From assembly GCA_965221125.1 (NCBI GenBank), contig CBDCRW010000006.1, forward strand, positions 256,001-320,000: a DNA stretch of 64,000 nt. The letters are read 5' to 3'. Under the pieces are notes generated by a model. That model saw only the letters and a program-made list of their open reading frames with translations. It was not told the DNA's origin and did no database searches. Positions 42,502 through 53,154 of the stretch are shown here, one piece after another; the stretch's first letter is position 1, and every line of letters starts with the position of its first letter. The stretch is from Alphaproteobacteria bacterium (GTDB lineage Bacteria; Pseudomonadota; Alphaproteobacteria; UBA828). Made by a program: the position numbers and the translations under genes.

Positions 42502-44265
42502 TTATTCCGCGCCGGCGGCGGCGTCGGCTCCGCGCAGGGCGGCGGTGGCGGCTTCGTCGAGGGTGCCGCTCTCCGAGACGGCGACCGCGTAGTCGCGCCG
42601 CGCGGCCTCGGGCGAGACCAGATCGTTCCGCACGTCGGCGGCCACGTCTTGCGGCGCGCGCTGGCGCGGGTCGCCGTAGCCGGCGCCGCCGGGCAGCACC
42701 AGCTTGAGGCGCTGGTCCGGCGGGATCGTCTGCTGACCCTTGCCGCACAGCGTCGTGCCGTCGTCGAGCGCGACGGCGCCGGGCGCGCCGTCGAGCCCGC
42801 CGCCCCGGCCCCGCGCGGGGTTCCGCACACGCTCGAACTGCGCGAGCACGCTGAAGGGCGCGCCTTCGGCGCCGCCGATCTCCATGACCTGCCCCAGCCC
42901 GCCGCGCAGCAGGCCCGCGCCGCCGGTATCTTCGGCAAGCTCCTTTCGCCAGATGACGATGGGGGCCACGGTCTCGGTGGCTTCCGCCGGGATGGTGCGC
43001 ACGCCGCTCGGGAAGGCCGTGGCGGAGAGCCCGTCCTTCGTGGGCCGCGCGCCGGCGCCGCCCGAGTTGAAGAGGGCCACCTCGAACTCCGGCGGCTCGA
43101 ACGCCGCGTTGCGCCGGGCCTCGCTGTCGATCGCCGTGGCGCCGCCGCGCAACTGCACGATCCAGAGCGAGGCCGCGCCTTCGGCCGGCACGCGCTCGGG
43201 AATCGCCTGGTGCAGGCAGCCGAACACCAGGTCCGGCAGCATGTGGCCGATGACGTGGCGGGCGGCGACGGGCCAGGGCCGCGGCACGTTGAGGATCGAG
43301 CCCTCGGGCGCGGACACGGTGAGCGGCGCGAGCGAGCCCGCGTTGTTGGGGATGTCCTTCGCCACGATGCACTTGAGGCCGAAGCTCGTGTACGCGGTGG
43401 TGTAGTTGAGCACGACGTTGATGCCGTGGTTGCTGGCGGGCGAGGTGCCGGCGAAATCGACGTGGATGCCGTCGTTCGAGATGGTCATGGCGGCGGCCAA
43501 GGTGATCGGCTCGTCGTAGCCGTCCATGGTGAGCGTGTTGCGGTACGTGCCTTTGGGCAGCTCGGCGATGGCGGCGAGCGTGGCGGCGCGCGAGCGCTCG
43601 ACGATCTCCTCGCCGAGGCCGTCGATGTCGTCGAGCCCGAACTCGTCCATCATGGCGAGCAGGCGGTCGGCGCCGGCGCGGTTGCAGGCGATCAGCGAGT
43701 GCACGTCGCCTTCGAGCTGGAGCGGCTCGCGCACGTTCCAGCGCACCATCTCCAGCAGGTCCTCGTTGATCCGGCCTTCGCGCACGAGCGGCATGATCGG
43801 GATGTAGAGGCCTTCCTCGAACACCGAGCGCGCGTCCGGCCCGAAGCCGCGTCCGCCGATATCCACCACGTGGGCGGTGCAGGCGAAGGAGCCGATGATC
43901 CGGCCCTCGCGGAACACCGGGGTTACGACCGTGAGATCGTGCAGGTGGCCGCAGGTGAGCCACGGGTCGTTGGTGATGTAGACGTCGCCCTCGCGCATGG
44001 CCTCGTTGGGGTAGCGGGCGAGGAAGTGCTGCACCGCGATCGCCATCGAGTTGACGTGGCCGGGCGTGCCGGTGACGGCTTGCGCCAGCATCCGGCCCCT
44101 GGTGTCGAAGACGCCGGCGGAGAGGTCGCCGGCCTCGCGCACGGTGGTGCTGAAGGCGGTGCGCAGCAGCGTCTGCGCCTGCTCCTCCACCACGGAGATC
44201 AGGCGGTTCCACATGATCTGCGTCTGGATCTGAGCGAGCCCGGAGTCGGTCGTGCCGTTCATCAC
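42502..44265 (-). CDS. Hydantoinase B/oxoprolinase family protein
   Basis: RTAFS..VREAGDLS, TNDPW..GHLHD, HVVDIGG, EEG, GGAGYGDP. Confidence 0.93.
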   Translation of the reverse strand: MMNGTTDSGLAQIQTQIMWNRLISVVEEQAQTLLRTAFSTTVREAGDLSAGVFDTRGRMLAQAVTGTPGHVNSMAIAVQHFLARYPNEAMREGDVYITNDPWLTCGHLHDLTVVTPVFREGRIIGSFACTAHVVDIGGRGFGPDARSVFEEGLYIPIMPLVREGRINEDLLEMVRWNVREPLQLEGDVHSLIACNRAGADRLLAMMDEFGLDDIDGLGEEIVERSRAATLAAIAELPKGTYRNTLTMDGYDEPITLAAAMTISNDGIHVDFAGTSPASNHGINVVLNYTTAYTSFGLKCIVAKDIPNNAGSLAPLTVSAPEGSILNVPRPWPVAARHVIGHMLPDLVFGCLHQAIPERVPAEGAASLWIVQLRGGATAIDSEARRNAAFEPPEFEVALFNSGGAGARPTKDGLSATAFPSGVRTIPAEATETVAPIVIWRKELAEDTGGAGLLRGGLGQVMEIGGAEGAPFSVLAQFERVRNPARGRGGGLDGAPGAVALDDGTTLCGKGQQTIPPDQRLKLVLPGGAGYGDPRQRAPQDVAADVRNDLVSPEAARRDYAVAVSESGTLDEAATAALRGADAAAGAE

Positions 44266-46364
44266 GCGTCTCCTCCCTGAGCCGGCCGGCGTTCCATCAC
44301 GATCGTGCCCAAGGCATCGACCGAGGCGGAAAACGCCGCGCTCACCACGGCGGTGGTGTCAGTCTCGACGATAAGCGCGGGCCCGTCCACACGCGCGCCG
44401 GCGGAAAAGTCCGCGCGCCGGTAGAGCGTCGCCTCGACCACGCGGCCGCTGCCGGGATCGAGCACGGGCCGCACGCCTCGTGCCGGCGGCGCGGCCGATT
44501 CGGGCGCCGGCTCGACGGGGGCGACGGCTGCGGGCACGGCGCTCACGCCCACGGACCAGCTCACGATCTCGAGGTCGAGCTTCGGGATGATGCGGCCGTA
44601 TAGCGCTTCGTAGGCAGCCTCGAAGGCGTCCCGGATGATCGCGGTGTCCGCGCGCGCCCAGGTGCGGTTGGGCAGCGACACCACGACCTCGTGCCCCTGG
44701 CCGAGATAGCGCATGTAGGCGGCGCGGGTCTCCTGCATCGCGGCGCCCGGCGCCCCTTGCGCCACGATGGCGGCGGCCTCGTCCCGCATCTCCGCCAGCA
44801 CCCGGTTGGTGAGCTCGGGGTTGAATTCGCTCACCACCTGATAGGCGCTGCGGACCACCTCGTAGGCGACCGGCGCGCGCAAGAAACCCACGGCAGAGCC
44901 CACCGCCGCGGCCGTCGGGATCATGATGCGGTCCATGTCGAGCTTTTCCGCGAGCCGGGCCGCGTGCAGCGGGGCCGCGCCGCCGAAGGCGATCATGGTG
45001 CGCTCGCCGAGGGTGGCGCCGATCTCGATGGCGTGAACGCGCGCCGCGCTCGCCATGTTCTCGCCCACCATCTCGCTCACACCGAGGGCGGCCATCTGCG
45101 GCTCCAGGTCGAGCGGCGCGCCGACCGCGGCGGTGAGCGCACCCGTCGCCGCCTGCTCGTCGAGCGCGATGCGCCCGCCCGAGAATTCGGCCGGGTCGAT
45201 GCGGCCCATGGCGAGGTCGGCGTCGGTGACCGTGGGCTCCGCGCCGCCCTGGCCGTAGCAGGCGGGCCCCGGCTGGGCGCCCGCGCTCTCCGGCCCCACC
45301 GCGATGCGGCCGAGCCGGTCGACGCGGGCGATGGAGCCGCCGCCAGCGCCGATCTCCACCATCTCGATCACGGGGATGCGGAGCGGCAGCCCGCTGCCCT
45401 TGAGGAAGCGATGGGCGCGCGCGACCTCGAAGGCCCGCGTCGTCTGCGGCTGAGCATCGTCGATCAGGCAGATCTTGGCGGTGGTGCCGCCCATGTCGAA
45501 GGAGAGCACGCGGTCCAGCCCGCACTGGCGGGCGACGTGGCTCGCGAAGACGGCGCCACCCACCGGCCCGGATTCGACGAGGCGGATGGGGAAGCGGATC
45601 GCCGTCCCGATGTCGGCGACGCCGCCGCCGGAGAGCATGACGAAGAGCGGGCAGCGGAAGCCGGCGTCGCGCAAGCCCGCCTCCAGGTTGCGCAGGTAGC
45701 GCGCCATGACCGGCTGGACGTAGGCGTTGGCGCAGGCGGTGGAGAAGCGCTCGTACTCGCGCATCTCCGGCGCGACCTCGGAGGAAAGCGTGATGGCAAG
45801 CTCCGGCAGCGCGGCCTGCAGGATCTCGCGCACGCGGCGCTCGTGCGCCGGGTTGACGTAGGAGTGCAGGAGGCCGATGGCGGCGCTCTCGATCCCCTCG
45901 GCGGCGAGGCGGGCGGCCGTGGCCTCGACCGCCGCCTCGTCGAGTGCCAGGATCGGATCGCCCGCGGCGTTGAGCCGCTCAGGCACGGGGAAGCGCCACT
46001 GCCGCGGCACCAGCGGCACCGGCTTCTCCATATCGATGTCGTACTGCTCGAAGCGGCTCTCGGTCCCCATCTCGATGGAATCGCGGAAGCCCTCGGTGGT
46101 CACCAGCGCGGTGCGCGCGCCCTTGCGCTCGATCATCGCGTTGGTGGCGAGCGTGGTGCCGTGGATCACAAGCGCCACTTCGTGCGCGGAGACGCCGCAG
46201 GTCTCCATCGCCTGCGTCAGTCCCTCGCGCACCCCGTCCTCCGGCGCGTCGGGGGTCGTCAGCACCTTCGCGGTGATCCGCTCGGGCCCGCGCTCCAGCA
46301 CGATATCGGTGAAGGTGCCGCCGATATCGACGCCGATCCGGACCTCCGCGCCTGCGTCTGCCAT
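44262..46364 (-). CDS. Hydantoinase A/oxoprolinase family protein
   Basis: DIGGTFTD, HGTTLATN, ESGP, DMGGTT, GAGGGSI, GPACYG, PTVTDAD. Confidence 0.94.
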   Translation of the reverse strand: MADAGAEVRIGVDIGGTFTDIVLERGPERITAKVLTTPDAPEDGVREGLTQAMETCGVSAHEVALVIHGTTLATNAMIERKGARTALVTTEGFRDSIEMGTESRFEQYDIDMEKPVPLVPRQWRFPVPERLNAAGDPILALDEAAVEATAARLAAEGIESAAIGLLHSYVNPAHERRVREILQAALPELAITLSSEVAPEMREYERFSTACANAYVQPVMARYLRNLEAGLRDAGFRCPLFVMLSGGGVADIGTAIRFPIRLVESGPVGGAVFASHVARQCGLDRVLSFDMGGTTAKICLIDDAQPQTTRAFEVARAHRFLKGSGLPLRIPVIEMVEIGAGGGSIARVDRLGRIAVGPESAGAQPGPACYGQGGAEPTVTDADLAMGRIDPAEFSGGRIALDEQAATGALTAAVGAPLDLEPQMAALGVSEMVGENMASAARVHAIEIGATLGERTMIAFGGAAPLHAARLAEKLDMDRIMIPTAAAVGSAVGFLRAPVAYEVVRSAYQVVSEFNPELTNRVLAEMRDEAAAIVAQGAPGAAMQETRAAYMRYLGQGHEVVVSLPNRTWARADTAIIRDAFEAAYEALYGRIIPKLDLEIVSWSVGVSAVPAAVAPVEPAPESAAPPARGVRPVLDPGSGRVVEATLYRRADFSAGARVDGPALIVETDTTAVVSAAFSASVDALGTIVMERRPAQGGDA

Positions 46365-46450
46365 AAGGGTCTCCAGCCTGAATTTGCGCGCGGAGTGTGG
46401 AGGCAAAGGCGCGCCGCGTCGAGGTCAGATCAGATGGCAGGCGGCGCCGC

Positions 46451-46792
46451 TCAGTCGCTTTCGAGTTTTTCTGCGGGCGGGAGGGTGTCGGTCACGAGGT
46501 CGCGGATCACGCGCTTGTTGCGGAGCGGCTCGAGGGTCATGGCGCCAGGCCTCAAGCGGGCGGTGCAGGCGTAGGCGGTCTCGCCGTCGATCCGCATGGT
46601 GCATTCCTTGCACACGTTCGCATTGGTGCAGCTGTAGCGGAAGGCGAGCGAGGGGTCGCGGTTCTCGCGCAGCCAGATCAGGCCGTCGAGCACCGAGGCG
46701 CCGGTCTCGTAGGGCACGTCGAAGGTTTCCGTCTCCGTGGGCCGGCCGGGGCCGCTGCGGGCGATGCGGAGCGTGGCGGTGGCGCGCGCCAT
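46451..46792 (-). CDS. Stand-alone 2Fe-2S protein (SdhB/FrdB N-terminal domain only, 113 aa)
   Basis: SVLDGL..LRE..DPSLAFRYSCTNANVCKEC...YAC, LEPL, VIRDLVTD. Confidence 0.85.
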   Translation of the reverse strand: MARATATLRIARSGPGRPTETETFDVPYETGASVLDGLIWLRENRDPSLAFRYSCTNANVCKECTMRIDGETAYACTARLRPGAMTLEPLRNKRVIRDLVTDTLPPAEKLESD

Positions 46793-46793
46793 C

Positions 46794-48482
46794 TCAGGCC
46801 GCCGCCCGGAACGCCGGCGCGAGGTCGCCGCCCGCGCGAGTGACCGTCTGGCTCCGGGCGAGCCCGGCATCGCTCTCGGGAAAATCCTCACGCTGGTGGG
46901 CGCCCCGGCTCTCGCGCCGCCGCGCGGCGGTGGCAGCGATGGCCTCGGCCACCTCCAGCCCGGCGCGGAGCGTGTACCAGTCGGCGAGCCCGGTGTCGTA
47001 GGCGCCGCAGGCAGGCACCGCGAGGCCGGGCAGCGCTTCGCTTCGCATGCGGCGGATCGCTTCCACCGTGCGGCCCAGCCCCGCGCCGTCCCGCAAGGGG
47101 CCGACCTGCTCCCACATGAGCCCGCGCAGATCGCGCGAGAGGGCGAGCGCCGATGGCCCCTCGCCCCGCGCCCCCTTCCGCTCAGTGAGCGTATCCAAGG
47201 CCGGTCGCGCGGCGCGGGGAGCCCACGCATCGGGCGTGTGCGCGGCCTCGGCTGCAGCATTGCGCCCTGCCGCGTGACCGAAGACGAGCGCCTCGGTGAT
47301 GGCGTTGCCCGAAAGCCGGTTCGCGCCGTTGGCCCCGCCCACCGCCTCGCCGGCGGCATAGAGGCCGGGCACCCGTGTCGCGAGCGTCGCGTCCACCGCG
47401 ATGCCCCCCATGTGGTAGTGCGCGATGGGCGCGACCTCCACCGGCGCGCGCGTGAGGTCGATGCCGTTCGCTTCCAGGCGGTCGATTACGGGCCCGAAGG
47501 CATCGCGTAGCGCGGCCTCGCCCACATGGGTGAACGAGAGCCAGGCGCCGCCGTGGGGCGAGCCCCGCCCGGCGCGAACCTCGTGCCAGATCGCGTGGGT
47601 GGCGAGGTCGCGCGTCGCCGTGTAGCGCCCGGCATCGGTGCCGCCGTAGCGCGGCAGAAACTCCTCCATCGCCCCGTTGAGCAGCCGCCCGCCCAGCTTG
47701 TAGCGGAAGGGGTCCCACATGATCGGGTCCATGCCGACGAGGCGCGGGAAGAGGTGGCCGATGGGGAAGAACTGCACGAACTCCATGTCGATCAGCGCGG
47801 CGCCGGCGGCGAGCGCGAAGGCGTGCCCCTCCCCCGCCATGTTGGCGGACGCGCTGGAGCGCGCGTAGAGCCCGGTCAGCCCGCCGGTCGCGATCACTGT
47901 CGCCCGCGCCGCCACGGTGACGGCACGGCCGCTCTCGATATCGAAGCCCGCGGCGCCCGTGAGCCGCCCGTCCACAAGAACCGGGTCGGTCACCACGAGG
48001 CCGGAGACGCGCCTGATCGCGTCCACCCGCGCGATGCGGCGGCGCAGCGTCGCGGCGACGGCCGGGCCGGTATTGAGGATGTCCACGTAGCAGCAGCGGC
48101 GGCGCTTGTGCCCCGGCGCGGTGACCTGGGCGATATGCCCGCCCTCCCGCGCCCAACCGACCCTCCACGAGTCCATCTCGCGGATCCGGGTCGGCCCTTC
48201 CTCGCAGAGCAGCGCGGCGAGCGCCGGATCGCAGAGCTCCCGGCCCGCCTCCAGCGTGTCCTCCAGGTGGTCGTCCACGCTGTCGGGCTCGGCCTCGCCG
48301 AGGGCGGCGGCGACGGTCATCTGCGCCATCACCGTGGCGCCGCCGCGGCCCACCATGTTGCGATCGGCCAGCACGATCCGCTCCGCGCCCGCTTCCGCCG
48401 CGGCAAGCGCCGCATACATGCCGGCCCCGCCCGCGCCGATCACGAGCACGTCGGTCTCGATATGGACGGGCGCTTCGCTCAT
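46794..48482 (-). CDS. SdhA/FrdA/NadB-superfamily flavoprotein (divergent)
   Basis: GAGGAG, ATGG, DMEFVQF, HYHMGG, GANRLSGN, RRESRGAHQREDFP. Confidence 0.88.
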   Translation of the reverse strand: MSEAPVHIETDVLVIGAGGAGMYAALAAAEAGAERIVLADRNMVGRGGATVMAQMTVAAALGEAEPDSVDDHLEDTLEAGRELCDPALAALLCEEGPTRIREMDSWRVGWAREGGHIAQVTAPGHKRRRCCYVDILNTGPAVAATLRRRIARVDAIRRVSGLVVTDPVLVDGRLTGAAGFDIESGRAVTVAARATVIATGGLTGLYARSSASANMAGEGHAFALAAGAALIDMEFVQFFPIGHLFPRLVGMDPIMWDPFRYKLGGRLLNGAMEEFLPRYGGTDAGRYTATRDLATHAIWHEVRAGRGSPHGGAWLSFTHVGEAALRDAFGPVIDRLEANGIDLTRAPVEVAPIAHYHMGGIAVDATLATRVPGLYAAGEAVGGANGANRLSGNAITEALVFGHAAGRNAAAEAAHTPDAWAPRAARPALDTLTERKGARGEGPSALALSRDLRGLMWEQVGPLRDGAGLGRTVEAIRRMRSEALPGLAVPACGAYDTGLADWYTLRAGLEVAEAIAATAARRRESRGAHQREDFPESDAGLARSQTVTRAGGDLAPAFRAAA

Positions 48483-48522
48483 CTCTCCCTGCCGCGCCCC
48501 TCGCCCGGCCGCTCCGAGCCGA

Positions 48523-49959
48523 TCAGAGCGGCGGGCGGCGCTCGTCCCAGGGCCTGGCGCGCTCGTAGTCGGCGGCGGCGCGGAAGACGCGCACGTCGTC
48601 GTAGGTGCGGCCCACGATCTGGATGCCCGTCGGCACGCCCGAGGACGCATAGCCGCTCGGCACCGCGGCGATGGGGCACTCCGGCACCAGGTTGAACGGG
48701 TAGCAGAGCTGCCACTGCACGTAGATGTCGCCCGGCCAGTTGGCGACGCTCAGCGTCTTGCCGTTGATGCGGAAATTCGTGTTCTCGATGTCGTGGTCGG
48801 CGGGCAGCGCCGGGATCGCGTTGGTCGGGCAGACGAGGATGTCGTAGGCGTCGAGGATCGGCGCCAGCGTCTCGTACATCCGGCCGCGCACCTCGTTGCA
48901 CTGGTAGAAGCGGCTCAGGCTGTGCTGGGAGCCGCGCTCCAGCAGCCGGCGCACGAAGCCCTCCATCTCGTACTTCCAGCGGGGGTAGTGGTGGCCGGCG
49001 GCGGCCCAGAAGAGGCCCTCCCAGTGCGTGGTCCAGGCGTCGAGCACGGACATGTCCCAGCCGATGTCCACCTCGTCCACCGTGCAGCCGAGGCTGCGGA
49101 AGGCGTCCAGCGCCTCGCGGGTGTTCGCCTGCACCTCCTCGTCGATTTCGTAGTAGCCGAGGTCCATGGAGAAGGCGACCTTCCAGCCCTTGATGGGCTC
49201 GAGCTCGTCCGGGATCTCGAGCTTCGGGCGCAGCGAGCAGATGTCGTCCGGGTGCGGCCCCGCCATCACGTTCTGCATCAGCGCGCCGTCGGCGACGCTC
49301 CGCGTCATGGGCCCGTAGTGGAGCAGCGATTCGCGGGGATACGCGCGGTCGATGGGGTTGCGGCCGAAGGGCGGCTTGTAGCCGAAGTGCCCACAGCAGG
49401 ACGCCGGCATGCGGATGGAGCCGCCGCCGTCGGTGCCGTCGGCGATGGTCGTCATGCCGGCCGCCACCGCCGCCGCCGCCCCGCCCGACGAGCCGCCGGG
49501 GCCGTAATCCAGGTTCCACGGGTTGCGCGTGTTGCCCCAGAGGTCGCTGCGGCAGTGCGGCGCGTGGGCCATCTCCGGCGTGGTCGTCCGCGCGTGCATG
49601 ATGGCGCCGGCCTCCAGCAGCCGCGCCACGGTCGGCGCCGAGTGCTCAGGCACGTGGTTCTCGAACATGCGCGAGCCGAAGGTCGTGATCTCGCCCTTCA
49701 CTGGATGGAAATCCTTGATGACGATGGGGATGCCTTCCAGCGGGCGTGTCTCGGTGCCCGATGCATAGCGCGCCTCGGCCTCCTTCGCCTGCTCCAGCGC
49801 GCGCTCGTAGAAGGTGTAGGTGTAGGCGTTGACCGCGGGGTTGACCGCCTCGGACCGCGCGATCACGGCGGACATGAGGTCCACCGGCGAGAGGTCGCCC
49901 GACCTGAACTTCGCCAGGGCCTCGGTTGCGGTGGTGTAGCAAAGATCGTCCGACGCCAT
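48523..49959 (-). CDS. Amidase signature family protein
   Basis: [28 protein letters not shown]. Confidence 0.92.
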   Translation of the reverse strand: MASDDLCYTTATEALAKFRSGDLSPVDLMSAVIARSEAVNPAVNAYTYTFYERALEQAKEAEARYASGTETRPLEGIPIVIKDFHPVKGEITTFGSRMFENHVPEHSAPTVARLLEAGAIMHARTTTPEMAHAPHCRSDLWGNTRNPWNLDYGPGGSSGGAAAAVAAGMTTIADGTDGGGSIRMPASCCGHFGYKPPFGRNPIDRAYPRESLLHYGPMTRSVADGALMQNVMAGPHPDDICSLRPKLEIPDELEPIKGWKVAFSMDLGYYEIDEEVQANTREALDAFRSLGCTVDEVDIGWDMSVLDAWTTHWEGLFWAAAGHHYPRWKYEMEGFVRRLLERGSQHSLSRFYQCNEVRGRMYETLAPILDAYDILVCPTNAIPALPADHDIENTNFRINGKTLSVANWPGDIYVQWQLCYPFNLVPECPIAAVPSGYASSGVPTGIQIVGRTYDDVRVFRAAADYERARPWDERRPPL

Positions 49960-50015
49960 GATATCCTCCCCCTCAGCCTTTCGCGCTAGACCAACAGGAA
50001 TCCCGGCGAAGGACA

Positions 50016-51089
50016 ATGGCCGAAACGCCCATCCTGGAGTTGGACCACGTCTCCAAGCGCTTCGACCGCACGGTCGTGGCCGACGACCTGTGCCTTGGCA
50101 TCGAGAAGGGCGAATTCTTCACCTTCCTTGGCCCCAGCGGCTCGGGCAAGTCGTCCACGCTCCGCATCATCGCCGGGCTGGCCAAGCCCGACTCCGGCCG
50201 CGTGCTCATCGAAGGGAAGGACGTGAGCGCGGTCCCGCCCTGGCGGCGCAACCTCGGCATGGTGTTCCAGCAGTACGCGATCTTCCCGCACATGACGGTG
50301 GCGGAGAACGTGGCCTACGGGCTCAAGGTCAGAGGCATGGCGCGGGGCGAGCGGCAGCGCCGGGTCGAGGAGCTGGTGGACCTGGTCGGGCTCACCGGCA
50401 TGGAGAAGAAGAACGTGACGCTCTTGAGCGGCGGCGAGCAGCAGCGCGTCGCGGTGGCGCGCGCACTGGCGCCCCGGCCCGCGATCCTCCTGCTCGACGA
50501 GCCGCTGGCGGCGCTCGACGAGAAGATCCGCCGCGAGATGCAGACCGAGCTCAAGCACCTCCAGCGCGGCACGGGCACCACCTTCCTCTATGTCACCCAC
50601 GACCAAGAGGAAGCGCTCACCATGAGCGACCGCATTGCCGTGCTGAACCGGGGCGTCTGCGTGCAGTGCGACCGGCCGGAGGCGCTGTTCCGCCGGCCGC
50701 GGGCGCGCTTCGTCGCGGGCTTCTTCCGCGGCTGCAACGTGCTCGACGCCCGGCTCCTGGCGCTACGCGGGGCGGAGGCGGACATCGAGATCGCAGGGCA
50801 CACGGTGACCATCGAGCGGGGCGAGCAGCCGGAGCGTGCGCCCGGCGGCTGCGAGATCGCGGTGCGGGCCGAGAACATCCTGGTCGGCACGGCCGCCTTG
50901 AACGCACCGGTTCGCCTCGACGCGACCCTGCAGGAGATGATCTACCGCGGCACCAACGTGGACCACCACCTCGCCTTCCGCGACGGCCAGAGGGCGATCG
51001 CGACGTCCACCCGGCGCGAGCTGGAGACGGCGCCCGCCGACATCACCGTCGGCTTCCGCCGCGAGGACGTGATCCTCTTGGCTGACTGA
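50016..51089 (+). CDS. PotA-like ABC ATPase
   Basis: GPSGSGKS, MVFQQYAIFPHM, LSGGEQQR, LLDEPL, VTHDQEEA. Confidence 0.93.
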   Translation: MAETPILELDHVSKRFDRTVVADDLCLGIEKGEFFTFLGPSGSGKSSTLRIIAGLAKPDSGRVLIEGKDVSAVPPWRRNLGMVFQQYAIFPHMTVAENVAYGLKVRGMARGERQRRVEELVDLVGLTGMEKKNVTLLSGGEQQRVAVARALAPRPAILLLDEPLAALDEKIRREMQTELKHLQRGTGTTFLYVTHDQEEALTMSDRIAVLNRGVCVQCDRPEALFRRPRARFVAGFFRGCNVLDARLLALRGAEADIEIAGHTVTIERGEQPERAPGGCEIAVRAENILVGTAALNAPVRLDATLQEMIYRGTNVDHHLAFRDGQRAIATSTRRELETAPADITVGFRREDVILLAD

Positions 51090-51541
51090 GCTGCGTCGAT
51101 GCGTCGTCGAAGTAATATCTGGTGATGGCGTCAGGAGGTGCCGCGAGGTGTCTAAACGGAGCAATCGAAACTCCAAGCGGAGTCGACATCTGCGCTTAAG
51201 ACTATTTGACGCCGGAAATACCAAGTGCCCGATTTGCCTTTCAGAGTTCCATAGAGAGGATGTTGAGAGCGGCAAGGTTACATTGGAACACGCGCCACCT
51301 GAATCATTGAATGGCGGGATAGTTTGCCTGACATGTGAGCGGTGTAACAATAACGCCAGCCGAATAGATCACCACGCGTTCCTGTCAAAGAAAGCAACAG
51401 ACGAATGGTCGTCGGGTCAAGGGGTTAACGTGGAGGTAGATTTTTTTGGGCGTATAATCTCGTCTCGCTTTATTCCTGATGACCCAAAGTCCCCACTTCC
51501 AGTTCGGGGACGTGATCTACGGCAGGGCTCAATTAAGCTAG

Positions 51542-53154
51542 CCCGAATTATTCATGGCAGGTCTGGTTTTGGGGTGGCGGACGTAGCGTAAGTCGTTGCC
51601 ATCGGGTAGGAATTCGTTGCCGAGGCGTCTTCCTCTCCGAACAACGAAAATGCCACGCCCGCCATGACCGACGATAGTCTTCTTCCCTTCGATCTGCCAA
51701 GCGTCCAACGCAAGAAGGTGAGCGCCGCCTTCGACGGCGGCCTGATCTCGTCTGACGGCGGCCTCGTCCTGCTTCGTGAGGCGGAACGCAGCTTGCGCCT
51801 GGCCGAGACCCTGGCCGGCTGCATCCGCGACCGGCGCAAGCAGGCGCAGGTGATCCACTCGCTCTCGGCCATGCTGCGCTTCCGCATGTTCGCCATTGCG
51901 TGTGGCTACGAAGATGCCGACGACTGCGACGCGCTGCGCGCGGACCCTCTGTTCAAGCTGGCCTCAGGCAAGGCGCCGGAGAGCGGCCGCGCACTCTGCT
52001 CCCAGCCGACCATGAGCCGCCTGGAGAACGCGCCGTCTCGTATCGAGGTGGCGCGCATGACGGCGGCGCTGGTCGATCTCTTCTGCCGCAGCTTCCAAGC
52101 CCCTCCCGCCGCCATAACCCTTGACATCGACGACACCTGCGATGCGGTGCACGGCCACCAGCAGCTCTCGCTCTTCAACGCTCATTACGACACGCGCTGC
52201 TTCCTGCCCGTCCACGTCTACCATGTGGAAAGCGGCAAGCCGGTGGCGGTCCTCCTGCGCCCGGGCAAGACGCCGTCGGGCCCTGAGGTCCGCACCCTCA
52301 TCAAGCATCTGGTCCGCCGCATCCGCCGCCACTGGCCGCACACCCGGATCGTCTTCCGCGGAGACAGCCACTACGGCCGCCCGGAAGCCATGGCCTGGTG
52401 CGAGGAGAACGGGGTCGACTACATCTTCGGCCTCGCGGGCAACCGCGCGCTGCACGCGCTCGCATACGAGATGGCCGACGATCTCAAGGTGCGCCGCGCC
52501 AAGGCCGGCGCAGACAGGATGCGCAGCTTCACCGCCTTCGACTACGCCGCCCGCTCCTGGAGCTGCGAACGCCGGGTCGTCGCCCGGCTCGAGGCGAGCA
52601 CCCGCGGCTTCGATGCCCGCTATGTCGTCACCTCACTCAAGGGCGAGCCCCGCCATCTCTACGAAGACATCTACTGCGCCCGCGGCCAGGCCGAGAACCT
52701 GATCAAGATGCACAAGGGCCAGCTCGCCTCGGACCGCACCTCCTGCCAGAGCCCGCTCGCCAATCAGCTCAGGCTGGTCCTCCACACCGCAGCCTACTGG
52801 CTCATGCTCGCGCTGCGCGACGCCATTCCCCGCGCCGCGCCGCTCGCCCGTGCAGAGTTTGCAACCCTCAGGCTGCGCCTCCTCAAGATCGGTGCCCGCG
52901 TCATCGAGAAGGCCACCCGCATCCGCATCCACTTCGCCTCGGCCTGCCCCGACGCCGCCCTCTTCCGCCTGCTCGCAGGCCGCCTCGCCGCAGCAGGCCC
53001 ATGAGCGACGGGGCGGCGTGCCCCAATCACCCAGGCTCCATAAACCATCAACCCGATAACGACCATCCTCAGTTCCCGACGCCAAACCGCGTCAGGCCCC
53101 GACGCGCCCAATCAACCGAGCATCAAGTGCAAGGCAGTCCATGAATAGGTCGGG
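51542..53154 (+). mobile_element. IS1380-family insertion sequence, 1613 bp
   Basis: IRL CCCGAATTATTCATGG, IRR reverse complement CCCGACCTATTCATGG (14/16); CTAG duplicated at 51538-51541 and 53155-53158. Confidence 0.93.
51664..53004 (+). CDS. IS1380 family transposase
   Basis: FDGG.ISSDGG, GYEDADD, SQPTMSRLEN, LDIDDT, RGDS, YCARGQAENLIK. Confidence 0.95.
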   Translation: MTDDSLLPFDLPSVQRKKVSAAFDGGLISSDGGLVLLREAERSLRLAETLAGCIRDRRKQAQVIHSLSAMLRFRMFAIACGYEDADDCDALRADPLFKLASGKAPESGRALCSQPTMSRLENAPSRIEVARMTAALVDLFCRSFQAPPAAITLDIDDTCDAVHGHQQLSLFNAHYDTRCFLPVHVYHVESGKPVAVLLRPGKTPSGPEVRTLIKHLVRRIRRHWPHTRIVFRGDSHYGRPEAMAWCEENGVDYIFGLAGNRALHALAYEMADDLKVRRAKAGADRMRSFTAFDYAARSWSCERRVVARLEASTRGFDARYVVTSLKGEPRHLYEDIYCARGQAENLIKMHKGQLASDRTSCQSPLANQLRLVLHTAAYWLMLALRDAIPRAAPLARAEFATLRLRLLKIGARVIEKATRIRIHFASACPDAALFRLLAGRLAAAGP

